Assembly (NCBI GenBank): GCA_026413865.1
Contig: JAOAKB010000003.1
Coordinates: 32,480 to 96,479, forward strand
DNA from: Nitrososphaeria archaeon
GTDB taxonomy: Archaea > Thermoproteota > Nitrososphaeria > JACIWG01
Direction: 5' to 3'
Length of the DNA stretch: 64,000 nucleotides
The notes below the pieces were generated by a model, which saw only the letters and a program-made list of their open reading frames with translations, was not told the origin of the DNA and did not search any database. Below are positions 1-8,794 of this stretch, one piece after another. The stretch's first letter is position 1, and each line of letters begins with the position of its first letter. The position numbers and the translations under genes were made by a program.

Positions 1-93
1 CTACATTTTAAAATGAAGGACTATCTTATCCTATGTTTACATTTAATGCTAGTCGTTTTGTTTATATTACTAGTATACTTTTTACATTTATGA
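1..93 (+). CDS. 3' end of a membrane protein gene (partial; possibly ECF transporter T component)
   Basis: Frame 1 is open from the window edge: LHFKMKDYLILCLHLMLVVLFILLVYFLHL*, a hydrophobic C-terminal helix resembling EcfT ends; stop 5 nt before the XPF start. Confidence 0.35.
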   Translation, partial: LHFKMKDYLILCLHLMLVVLFILLVYFLHL

Positions 94-98
94 TGTGA

Positions 99-779
99 AT
101 GGTCTCCATAATAGTTGACTCTAGAGAATCAAAATCCAAAATACCTAATCTGTTAAAATCTATGAATATAGACATTATTTTTAAATTCTTAGAAGTAGGT
201 GATTATATAATTAATCCTGAAACCGCTGTAGAAAGGAAATCAGTTAAGGACTTTGTCTCTTCACTATTTGATGGTCGTTTATTTAATCAAATAGAACAAT
301 TATCTTCCTCTTACACGAATGCTTTTCTTATAATAGAAGGAAATTATAATGAAGTAGAATCCTATATGAAGAATCCTAAGGTAGTACAATGTGCCATTGC
401 CTCTCTTCTTATAAACTATAAAATAAAGCTAATTAACTCATATTCTGAAGACGAAACAGCCTTGTTCTTATCTTGTCTATTAAATACTACTCCTAGTAAA
501 AGGGGTGAATACTTTATTAAACACGCTAAGAAAAAGGATTTTCTTGGGCAACAGATATATTTAATTTCTTCTCTTCCAGGTATTGGCTATAAAACTGCTG
601 TGAATCTTTTAAAACATTTTGGCTCCCCCAAAAATATTTTTCTTGCATCAGTTAAAGAACTTTCTAAGGTTCCTGGAATGGGATTAAAAAGGGCTCGTAG
701 GATAAGATTACTTTTAGATACTAATGTAAAATTATATGAGCAGTTTTTTAAAAATCGAGCAAATAACCTTTTTATCTAA
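99..779 (+). CDS. xpf: XPF/ERCC4 structure-specific endonuclease (short TACK type)
   Basis: IIVDSRE, GDY, AVERKS motifs plus tandem HhH (LPGIG, VPGMG). Confidence 0.92.
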   Translation: MVSIIVDSRESKSKIPNLLKSMNIDIIFKFLEVGDYIINPETAVERKSVKDFVSSLFDGRLFNQIEQLSSSYTNAFLIIEGNYNEVESYMKNPKVVQCAIASLLINYKIKLINSYSEDETALFLSCLLNTTPSKRGEYFIKHAKKKDFLGQQIYLISSLPGIGYKTAVNLLKHFGSPKNIFLASVKELSKVPGMGLKRARRIRLLLDTNVKLYEQFFKNRANNLFI

Positions 780-799
780 TATATTGTTAACCTAAAAAT

Positions 800-1402
800 A
801 TGAGCAGTAACGTACAAAGTATTAAGGAACGTGCTATACTTTTATCTGAGCTTGTAAAAGAAAATTTATCTCAAGTAAATGAAGAAGAATTAAGAATTTT
901 TGTTGAAATGTTAAAATCGCATAAAAGTAGCAAAATTCTAATAATGGGCGCTGGACGAAGTGGTCTTGTTGGGCGTGCTTTTGCAATGCGTCTACTTCAT
1001 TTAGGCTTTAATGCTTATGTTTTAGGTGATACTATTGTTCCATCAATTTCTAAAGAAGACCTTGTTATAGCAATTTCCGGTTCAGGTTCAACAAAGCTTA
1101 TAGTTACGGCTGCAGAAGCGGCAAAGCAAGTAGGTGCAAAAATTATATCAATAACTTCCTATGCTTCTTCTCCTTTAGGTAAACTTTCCAATCATATCGT
1201 ACTTTTAAAAGGACGAATTGAAGTTTCTCCTAGAGATTATTTTGCTAGACAAATATTAGGCCTTCATGAACCTCTCGCTCCACTAGGAACCCTTTTTGAG
1301 GATAGTGCATTATTTTTGCTGGATTCAATAATAGCCACACTTATTGCTGAATTTCATGTAACAGAATCAGATATGAAAGAAAGGCATGCTAATATTGAAT
1401 AA
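800..1402 (+). CDS. hxlB: 6-phospho-3-hexuloisomerase (SIS domain)
   Basis: [24 protein letters not shown] and terminal RHANIE motifs. Confidence 0.9.
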   Translation: MSSNVQSIKERAILLSELVKENLSQVNEEELRIFVEMLKSHKSSKILIMGAGRSGLVGRAFAMRLLHLGFNAYVLGDTIVPSISKEDLVIAISGSGSTKLIVTAAEAAKQVGAKIISITSYASSPLGKLSNHIVLLKGRIEVSPRDYFARQILGLHEPLAPLGTLFEDSALFLLDSIIATLIAEFHVTESDMKERHANIE

Positions 1403-1513
1403 AAATAAATCAAATTAGTTAAAAACAAGATCATTTTACTTTATATAATTATCTTACATAGTTTTTCCAAAATCTTTTAAAAGGGTTTTTCTAGTGGTTT
1501 AGTGTGGTTCAAT

Positions 1514-3738
1514 ATGCCCAGGTATAAAACTACCGCAGAAGCATTAAAAATCATAGGCAACAAGGACCAGATTCGAAAGGTTTAGAGTAAAAATCCCTAA
1601 ACCCGAATAATCTGGGTGTTGTTGCCCATGTTGATCATGGAAAAACTACAATGAGTGATAGCTTGCTTGCTGCTTGTGGTATGCTTAGTCCTGCTCTTGC
1701 TGGTCAAGCTCTTGCCCTAGATTATATGGATCTTGAACAACAACGACAAATGACGATTAAAGCAGCAAATGTCACACTCTATTATGAATACGAAAATGTT
1801 CCATACGTTATAAATCTAATAGACACTCCAGGGCACATTGACTTCACTGGTAGAGTGACAAGAAGTTTACGTGCAATTGATGGTGCTGTTGTAGTTTGTG
1901 ATGCTGTTGAAGGTATAATGACACAAACCGAAACAGTAACCCGTCAGGCATTAGAAGAAAGGGTTCGTCCTGTTTTATATATAAATAAAATTGATAGGCT
2001 AATTAAGGAATTGAAACTTACTCCTGATAAGATGCAAGCTTGGCTTGCAAATATAGTTAATGAATTCAATAATCTAATAGATATTTATGCTGAACCTGAA
2101 TTTAAATCTAAGTGGAAAGTAAGTATACAAGATAGTAGTGTTGCATTTGGTTCAGCAAAGGATCGCTGGGGTTTCAATTTTATGATTGCTCAAAAGAAAG
2201 GAGTACGCTTTAGTGACATATATAAGGCATATGAAACTGGAGACGTGAAAACGTTAGCTGAAAACATACCATTACATGATGCTATTCTCTCAATGGTGAT
2301 AAGGCATCATCCTCCTCCTCATGTTGCGCAAAAATATCGTATTCCAAAAATATGGAAAGGTGACCTAAACTCTGAGGTCGGTCAAGCTCTTTTGAATTGT
2401 GATGAAAAAGGACCTACCGTTATGATGGTCACAAATGTTGTGGTTGACCCACAGGCTGGTGTAGTTGCTGTCGGTAGACTCTTTTCTGGCACAGTACACG
2501 ATGGAGACATACTTTATTTGCATAATGCAAAAACGCATGCTCGTGTACAATCAGTAAGTATGTTTATGGGGCCATTTAGGGAAATTGTTGGTGTTCTTAC
2601 AGCAGGAAATATTCCTGCTTTATTGGGCTTAGATGCTGCAAGAGCAGGTGAAACGTTATCGTCAATAAAGGATATCGTTCCATTTGAACAGATACGTTAT
2701 GTTTCAGAACCTGTAGTAACAATTGCAATAGAACCTAAATATCCCCGAGATCTGCCTAAACTTATTGAAACATTAAGGCGATTATCAATTGAGGATCCTA
2801 ATCTTGTAATCAAAATTAATGAGGAAACTGGTGAAATGCTAATGTCTGGTATGGGTGTATTGCATTTAGAAATAGCCACGACACTTATTACTCAAACTGG
2901 TTTGGAGATAGTGACTACACCACCACTTATAAACTATCGTGAGACTATAAGAGCGTCCGCTGGACCGGTTATGGCCAAGTCTCCAAATAAGCATAATCGT
3001 ATATTTATGCGTGTAGAACCTTTAACACCTGAAGTTATTGAATTAATACGAAATAATACTATTAATGAACAACTTGATAGAAAAACTATAGCAAAAATAT
3101 TGAGAGATCATGGATGGGATGCTGATGAAGCAAGGAATGTGGTTGCTGTTGATCCTAGAGGTAATCTATTTGTTGACGCTACAAAAGGTGTTCAATTTAT
3201 GCAGGAATCAATTGACTCAATAAGGGTTGGCTTTTTTGATGTAATGGAGAACGGGCCTTTAGCCCAAGAACCATGTAGGGGCGTCAAAGTTGTTCTACAT
3301 CATGCAGAATTTCACGAAGACCCTGCTCACAGAACTTATGCTCAGCTTTTGCCAGCCTCTAGACGTGCAATTTTAGGCGCCATGCTTCTAGCAAATCCAA
3401 CTTTACTAGAACCTGTGTTGGGTATAGAAATAAAAGCAAATAGTGATCTAATTGGCGCTGTTGCTGGAGTAATTTCTGCTAGGAGAGGAAAAATGTTAAA
3501 TGTTGAACAGAAGGGTGTCCTTACAATAATAGAAGGTGTAATACCTGCGGCAGAGACATTTGATTTAAGTGAAGCCATGAGGGGTGCAACTGCAGGCAAA
3601 GCTATGTGGAACACGCACTTTAAAGAATGGAGCCCAGTTCCCTCAAACATCCTTCCACAGCTTGTTGCATCTATTAGAAAGAGAAAAGGCTTAAACGAAA
3701 CCCCGCCTTCGCCAGAAGAATTTATAGACAAAGAATAA
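1514..3738 (+). CDS. fusA: Translation elongation factor 2 (aEF-2), two exons: 1514-1577 and 1610-3738
   Basis: Exon 1 reads MPRYKTTAEALKIIGNKDQIR; exon 2 continues (N)LGVVAHVDHGKTTMSD, DTPGH, NKID. The ORF-track start at 1651 lies after the G1 motif and cannot be the real start. Confidence 0.96.
1578..1609 (+). other. 32-nt bulge-helix-bulge (BHB) intron in EF-2 mRNA
   Basis: CCAGA(1567-71)/TCTGG(1611-15) outer helix, TTCG(1572-75)/CGAA(1604-07) 4-bp central helix, 3-nt bulges AAA(1576-78) and TAA(1608-10), GGTTTAG(1579-85)/CTAAACC(1597-1603) inner helix; cutting after the 2nd nt of each bulge restores the frame. Confidence 0.9.
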
Positions 3739-3743
3739 GGTTC

Positions 3744-4037
3744 CTAAATATATCCTTTCCTATAATCTTCTTTTTCAACTTTTTCTAATGTTATAAAAAA
3801 ATCTTTGAGTACACGGGTAAGCTTATTGTCCTCAAGACTTATAATCCTTATTTTACCAAACCTTTTTTGTCTAATTATTCCTTCATTTTCTAATTCAAAA
3901 AGATACCTTTCCACAAACTTATATGATATTCTAGTCTTTCTGATCAAAGCTGAAATATTTATTTCATCTTCTTCTAAAAGAATTTTTAAAATTTTAAATT
4001 TACTCTTGCTATTAAAAAAGGTTAAACTCTCATTCAT
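3744..4037 (-). CDS. Winged-helix (ArsR-like) transcriptional regulator downstream of cdc6
   Basis: 97 aa, EINISALIRKT…YLFELENEGII…FGKIRI wHTH pattern; overlaps the cdc6 stop. Confidence 0.8.
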   Translation of the reverse strand: MNESLTFFNSKSKFKILKILLEEDEINISALIRKTRISYKFVERYLFELENEGIIRQKRFGKIRIISLEDNKLTRVLKDFFITLEKVEKEDYRKGYI

Positions 4038-5200
4038 AATTCTAATCTCTCTTTTATTTCATTATAGAGTTGTTCAGCTGGAATATTTAATAAGCTAATT
4101 AAAGTTGTTCTTCCCCTAGGTTCTGTACTTGTTACTGTTGCACTTATAATCTCTTTTTGACTTAAATTTTTTATTTTTAACCAAAACTGGGTATGTTTTA
4201 AAGCCTCTTTCCCAAATTTTTTACACATATTCTCATATTCTTGTTCTAAAATCTTTAGAGTAACATAACTATCTAATTGTTCTTTTAAGAGTTTAGTTAA
4301 TGCTAACAAAATTATTTTCTCATGGATATCTAAATAATTTAATTCTTCTTTTCTTATCTGAGGAGGTAATTGTAGTCTTGCTTCTCTAACATGTTCTGGT
4401 CTAACTTTTCTTTCCCCTCTGAATTCTGCAATTCTTCCTGAAAGTTGGAGGAGTTCTATAGCATATCTTGCATCTCCATATTTTGATGCAAGCTTAGAAA
4501 TTAATTCTATAGTTTCATTTTCTACTGTGTCTTCTTCAAAGGCTATTATAACACGGTCATAAACTATATCCTTAAGTTGTGATTCATTGTATGATTCAAG
4601 TTTAATTATATTCTTTTGAATGGAACTTAATATACTTTGGTCTGCTTTATCTAAATAAGAAAAAGATTTACTCACAATAATTGAAGATAGTATCTGATTT
4701 TCTGTTCCCATTTCTCTAATTCTTGTTATTATATATAATGGTTCTATTCCCTCATGAGAAATAAGGGCGTCGAATTCGTCAAAAACTGCTATCACATGTA
4801 CTTTTTCTTCATTTAATTTTAATATAAAATATTGTACAATTTCGTCTAAAGAGAATCCTCTAGTTGGGAACGAGTGGCCTATAGTAGAAAGAATACTATT
4901 TAATATACTTCCAAACACCTTATTAACTCTACAATTTGTGTAAAAGGTCTTTAATCTTATATCATAGAAACTATATTGTTCAGTCACATGTTGAAGAAAT
5001 TTTTTAGAAATAAGAGTTTTTCCACTTCCTACTGCTCCTACTATAAAGACTTGTTGACTATTCCTTTTAGGATCTTGCAGTACTGTCTTAAAATATCTTC
5101 TTAATTCATTTAATTCCCTCTCTCTATGTGGTATTCTTTTAGGAATATACTCTGGAGAAAGTTTATTTTCATCTTTAAATATTCGATATTCTTCTATCAT
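4034..5200 (-). CDS. cdc6: Orc1/Cdc6 replication initiator
   Basis: LSPEYIP…HREREL, Walker A GAVGSGKT, Walker B VFDEFD, GDARYAI, C-terminal wH with RGRTT. Confidence 0.95.
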   Translation of the reverse strand: MIEEYRIFKDENKLSPEYIPKRIPHRERELNELRRYFKTVLQDPKRNSQQVFIVGAVGSGKTLISKKFLQHVTEQYSFYDIRLKTFYTNCRVNKVFGSILNSILSTIGHSFPTRGFSLDEIVQYFILKLNEEKVHVIAVFDEFDALISHEGIEPLYIITRIREMGTENQILSSIIVSKSFSYLDKADQSILSSIQKNIIKLESYNESQLKDIVYDRVIIAFEEDTVENETIELISKLASKYGDARYAIELLQLSGRIAEFRGERKVRPEHVREARLQLPPQIRKEELNYLDIHEKIILLALTKLLKEQLDSYVTLKILEQEYENMCKKFGKEALKHTQFWLKIKNLSQKEIISATVTSTEPRGRTTLISLLNIPAEQLYNEIKERLEL

Positions 5201-5291
5201 CTTTGCATAAAGATAATTTAAACAATTATTTAACTATAACTTTAGTTTTGTTGTATAAAAAATAGAGAGAGGTAGGTGAAAATAATTTTTT

Positions 5292-5348
5292 GGGCTCTGA
5301 ACTCAAGATCTCTCTCATAAGCTTCGAACCCCCTTTTCTTCATCGCCC
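5292..5348 (-). ncRNA. Candidate box C/D 2'-O-methylation guide sRNA (D guide complementary to the tRNA-Leu(CAA) anticodon loop)
   Basis: GGGC/GCCC terminal stem, C-like GCGAUGA, D'-like UCGA, C'-like CUUAUGA, D-like CAGA; TATAAA about 25-30 nt upstream; 5th guide nt pairs with C34 of a CUCAAGAUC target. Confidence 0.62.
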
Positions 5349-5487
5349 AACAAAATCTATTTAAAAAACTAATTTATAGCCCTTATGTTAAAAATAATAT
5401 CCTGGGGATAATATGGTGGAAATTAATCTAACAGTACACCTTAATAAGGTAAGGACCTTTTTGATAAATAGTACTTGTCGTTCTTTT

Positions 5488-5832
5488 ATGCCAAAAAGCT
5501 ACATTCGAAACCCTGATATATTTCCAGAAAAAGAAGAAGGTCCAGGTGCAATATATATAGAAGCAGTTGATAAAGTAACTCTTACAAAAATGTATGGTAT
5601 AACATTTGTTAATGCAAAAGATGTACTTGGAATAATATATGTGTCTAAAAGTGGTAATACAAGATTAAAATGGCGCCAAATTAGTGGAAAAATAGGAAAA
5701 TTAACTGGCGTTGCTTCAGCAAATTCGATTGCAAATTTAATAGATTCGGGCATATTAACTAAAGAGCAAATAGAAAGTATGCTCACTAAAGAGGGGGGAA
5801 CTTCCTCCCCCGAATTTCAGCAGGCAAGTTAG
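5488..5832 (+). CDS. Conserved hypothetical protein divergent from cdc6
   Basis: Open frame; ATG at 5488 follows a TATA-like tttgataaata; no recognised family. Confidence 0.65.
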   Translation: MPKSYIRNPDIFPEKEEGPGAIYIEAVDKVTLTKMYGITFVNAKDVLGIIYVSKSGNTRLKWRQISGKIGKLTGVASANSIANLIDSGILTKEQIESMLTKEGGTSSPEFQQAS

Positions 5833-6757
5833 CCCAGTGAATAAATTCTTTACTAGGCTCATCTTTTGAATATAGTTCCATTCGTTTTGCCTCAAGCAAC
5901 TGGTTATCTTTTCCTTGAAATTCTGCAAAAGTCCTTACTTGGTGTTTGAATTCTTTTGCCCTATTCTTTAAATTTTCTATAAAGGCTATTGCTTTAATAT
6001 CCCTTAAAATGTGATGATCGATTATCATCAATTTTGTTTCTTCAACAAGTTTTAAAAGATTACTTTTTGCAATAATATAATTTTTTTCTTCAAAACTATT
6101 AAGATATGTCGGTGGTCCTCCAATAACTAATATGTCTGGACACTCTTCTAAAATAAATCTAAATGTGTAATCAGAAATTGCCCCTTGAATATCGGATGTA
6201 TGAATAAATGTTAAATCCCTACTCCTTATGATAGTAGCTAAAACATATCCTAATTTACTATTTTCTTCACCGTGAAATAAAGGTTTACTAAATTGTAATG
6301 TGGTTCCACCGTAATAAAAATTTTTTTCATCAGCTTTAATAATTTTTTTAGCAATACCTAAAGCAGCCTTATTGAATAGTCGCCCTCTTACTTTTTGGCT
6401 AAAATTAATATTTCTTTCAAAATCTTTGATATATATAATTTTATCATAGTAAATCTCTCTTGCAACATTTTGGTCACTCCATGTCCAGACAGTATCGGTT
6501 TCTTCAAAAAATGGTGAAAAATGATCAAAATGATAATGTGATACAACAATTGCTTCGCAACGTTCTGCGTGCTCTCTAATAATTTTTCTAGCCCTTTCTA
6601 AAGCTCGATACTCTAATGGGTGAGGTACCTGTCCAAAACGGGGTGCTAATGCACATCCAGCGTCTATTAAAAGTTTCAAATCAGGTGTTTCAACATATGT
6701 TGCTGTAGATCTTACACCCAAACTTTCAGCACAAAGGGGTCTTACTAATATCTTCAA
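5786..6757 (-). CDS. Metallo-beta-lactamase-fold hydrolase (UPF0282-like)
   Basis: AESLGVRS, SHYHFDH, HTSDIQG, IDHH motifs; likely TTG start at 6757. Confidence 0.85.
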   Translation of the reverse strand: MKILVRPLCAESLGVRSTATYVETPDLKLLIDAGCALAPRFGQVPHPLEYRALERARKIIREHAERCEAIVVSHYHFDHFSPFFEETDTVWTWSDQNVAREIYYDKIIYIKDFERNINFSQKVRGRLFNKAALGIAKKIIKADEKNFYYGGTTLQFSKPLFHGEENSKLGYVLATIIRSRDLTFIHTSDIQGAISDYTFRFILEECPDILVIGGPPTYLNSFEEKNYIIAKSNLLKLVEETKLMIIDHHILRDIKAIAFIENLKNRAKEFKHQVRTFAEFQGKDNQLLEAKRMELYSKDEPSKEFIHWANLPAEIRGRKFPPL

Positions 6758-6830
6758 CCACAAGAGGCTACTAAAAGGTATAAAATTAATTTTTATTTCC
6801 ACCCTTTTTAAATAGATATGGTGGTAGAAA

Positions 6831-7160
6831 ATGGTATTAGTGAAAGTGTTTAGAATAACAAGCTATACTGCACCAGATACAGGCGAACCTGGAAAACAGA
6901 TAGAATTAGTTGAAGTAAGGAGTCAACCATTTATGTCACATCAATATGGTGATGAAACAGCAAGAATAGCTCAATCTATATTTACTCAAATACAATCAAT
7001 GGGTCTCTTCCCTCCAGTTCCAAAAGAAATCAATTATCCAAAAGTTATCTTATTTTTAACAGAAAAAGAATTCGATCAACTTGGGATACCCATGAATGTT
7101 AATGATACATATGAAATGATTTTAGAAAAAGAAAAAATTATATTTAAGTTGCCAGAATAA
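6831..7160 (+). CDS. Arcadin-1-like protein
   Basis: GKQIELVE…PKVILFLTEKEFDQLGIPMNVNDTYE resembles the arcadin-1 family (recognised from memory). Confidence 0.65.
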   Translation: MVLVKVFRITSYTAPDTGEPGKQIELVEVRSQPFMSHQYGDETARIAQSIFTQIQSMGLFPPVPKEINYPKVILFLTEKEFDQLGIPMNVNDTYEMILEKEKIIFKLPE

Positions 7161-7172
7161 GATAATAAAATT

Positions 7173-7246
7173 GCGGCGTTGATCTAGTGGTCTAAGATGC
7201 CAGCCCCCCAAGCTGGATATCCCGGGTTCAAATCCCGGACGCCGCA
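7173..7246 (+). tRNA. tRNA-Gly(CCC)
   Basis: Cloverleaf GCGGCGT/ACGCCGC, anticodon arm CCAGC-CCCCCAA-GCTGG, TTCAAAT T-loop; C at position 33. Confidence 0.93.
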
Positions 7247-7443
7247 TACCCTTCTCTAGTTTGTGATACAGCGTTCTATTAAATAAGCCTGATCGTTACA
7301 CAAGTAAGGGACTGAAGCATGTGTCCGGTCCGTAGATGAAGTCAAATTTTGCGTGAGCAAAAGGGTAAAAGCTTCAACTTACTATTATAATACACTTTCT
7401 TGTAGGTTGCTCTTAATTTGTGTAAACTATATAATAAAAAGTT

Positions 7444-8175
7444 CTACTGTTGTATAATCTTATCTTTCAATTTTTCTATAGCGTACGATATTTTTGTGTT
7501 AATAATATTTTCTTTTCTTTCATCGCAAACCTCTTTTATTCTGTTAATCATTTTTTCAATTTGAATATCTGACCTATACCATTTAATTATGTCTGATACT
7601 TTTTTGGCTGCTTTTGTAACATTATATCCAACATTATATGAGTTTAAAATTGCCTCTTTATTATCAAGTATGTTTGTTTTGCTATGATGGTAAGCTAGTG
7701 CCCAAGGTGGAATATGTACTCCCATGCTATTAAATGTGACCATCAAGTAGGATATTGCTGTTATAGATCCAGAATCGTTTCCGACGGCTAAAAAACCTGC
7801 AACTTTTCCATCTAAGAGACTTCTTCCGACATGAATGATCATGTTTTCCATACTTGTTAATCTGTCAATTAAATTCTTTAATTGCCCACTAACCATATAC
7901 CAATATAATGGTGTTGCTATGATTAATCCTTGGGCGCTAACAATTTTTTCTCCTAGTTTGTTAAAGTCATCGTCCTTAATTAAGCAAGGGAATTTACAAT
8001 CTTTTGGATTACTGGATACACATCCAAGGCATGGTTTAATATCATATTGATAGAGATGTAAAATCTCTGGTTCTCCTTTTGCATCTAAAACGCCATAATT
8101 TGCGGCTAATAACATTTTTTGGGACCAACCACTATTTCTTGGTGAAGCATTTATTAACAATATTTTGGTTTTCAT
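7444..8175 (-). CDS. Iron-sulfur flavoprotein / NADPH-dependent FMN reductase (flavodoxin-like)
   Basis: NASPR, CxxCx6CxxxC-type Cys motif (PCLGCVSSNPKDCKFPC), ATPLYW, KNLIDR. Confidence 0.88.
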   Translation of the reverse strand: MKTKILLINASPRNSGWSQKMLLAANYGVLDAKGEPEILHLYQYDIKPCLGCVSSNPKDCKFPCLIKDDDFNKLGEKIVSAQGLIIATPLYWYMVSGQLKNLIDRLTSMENMIIHVGRSLLDGKVAGFLAVGNDSGSITAISYLMVTFNSMGVHIPPWALAYHHSKTNILDNKEAILNSYNVGYNVTKAAKKVSDIIKWYRSDIQIEKMINRIKEVCDERKENIINTKISYAIEKLKDKIIQQ

Positions 8176-8214
8176 ACCAATCACCTAGACAGTTTGTAAG
8201 TCTAGGTAGTTGGT
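8176..8214 (-). promoter_or_regulatory. Near-perfect 15-bp inverted repeat covering the SD of the flavoprotein gene
   Basis: Minus strand ACCAA-CT-ACCTAGAC-N9-GTCTAGGT-GA-TTGGT directly before the ATG; includes SD-like AGGTGA. Confidence 0.5.
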
Positions 8215-8365
8215 TAGCCCTACATACTTCCACCTTAAATTATAAATTTTTTTCCTTAAAATATTTCTTGTCCTCCTTTATTAATAAGATAAAAATTATC
8301 TATTTAACGAATTTCTTTTATACTCCGCCTATTTTACCCCTATCTGGAGTGAGCAAAAATTGGGA

Positions 8366-8794
8366 ATGGTTGACATTTCTAAAAAACCAGTGATTGAAAG
8401 GGAAGCCTTAGCTGAAGGCACTATTTTCCTAAAGCCTGAAACAATAAAGTTAATAAAAGAAAATAAAGTTGAAAAAGGTGATGTTTTGCAAATTTCCTCA
8501 GTATGTGCTTTAAATGCGGTTAAAAAAACTCCTGAACTTGTACCATTCTGTCATCCAATACCTATAGAAAGTGTTAAACCTGAATTTGAAATTGGTGACG
8601 AATATATAAAAGTACGTGTTAAAGTTAAGTCTACTTCAAAAACAGGTGTTGAAATGGAAGCTATTTCCGGTGTTTTAAATGCGCTGTTAAACATATGGGA
8701 TTTAGTGAAAAAATATGAGAAAGATTCTTCTGGAAATTATCCATTTACAAGAATCGAGGGTGTAAGAGTTATAAGTAAGGTGAAATATGAATGA
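8366..8794 (+). CDS. moaC: Cyclic pyranopterin monophosphate synthase
   Basis: MVDISKK, KGDVL, PFCHPIP, TGVEMEA motifs. Confidence 0.95.
   Translation: MVDISKKPVIEREALAEGTIFLKPETIKLIKENKVEKGDVLQISSVCALNAVKKTPELVPFCHPIPIESVKPEFEIGDEYIKVRVKVKSTSKTGVEMEAISGVLNALLNIWDLVKKYEKDSSGNYPFTRIEGVRVISKVKYE

Noticed and set aside
1577..1605. Alternative 29-nt excision giving IR-NN-LG
   Set aside because: It restores frame but adds an extra Asn and does not match the BHB bulge cut positions
1514..1650. EF-2 5' disruption read as a pseudogene, sequencing frameshift or programmed ribosomal frameshift
   Set aside because: The break is a 32-nt insertion with an in-frame stop, not a 1-nt slip. It forms a perfect BHB whose canonical cut sites restore the conserved sequence, and the rest of the gene is intact
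5200..5487. Replication origin (ORB repeats) upstream of cdc6
   Set aside because: Only one G-string-like element (GAAAAGGGGG) is visible and it lies inside the C/D-like RNA; no repeated ORB boxes are recognisable. An origin is not excluded but is unsupported
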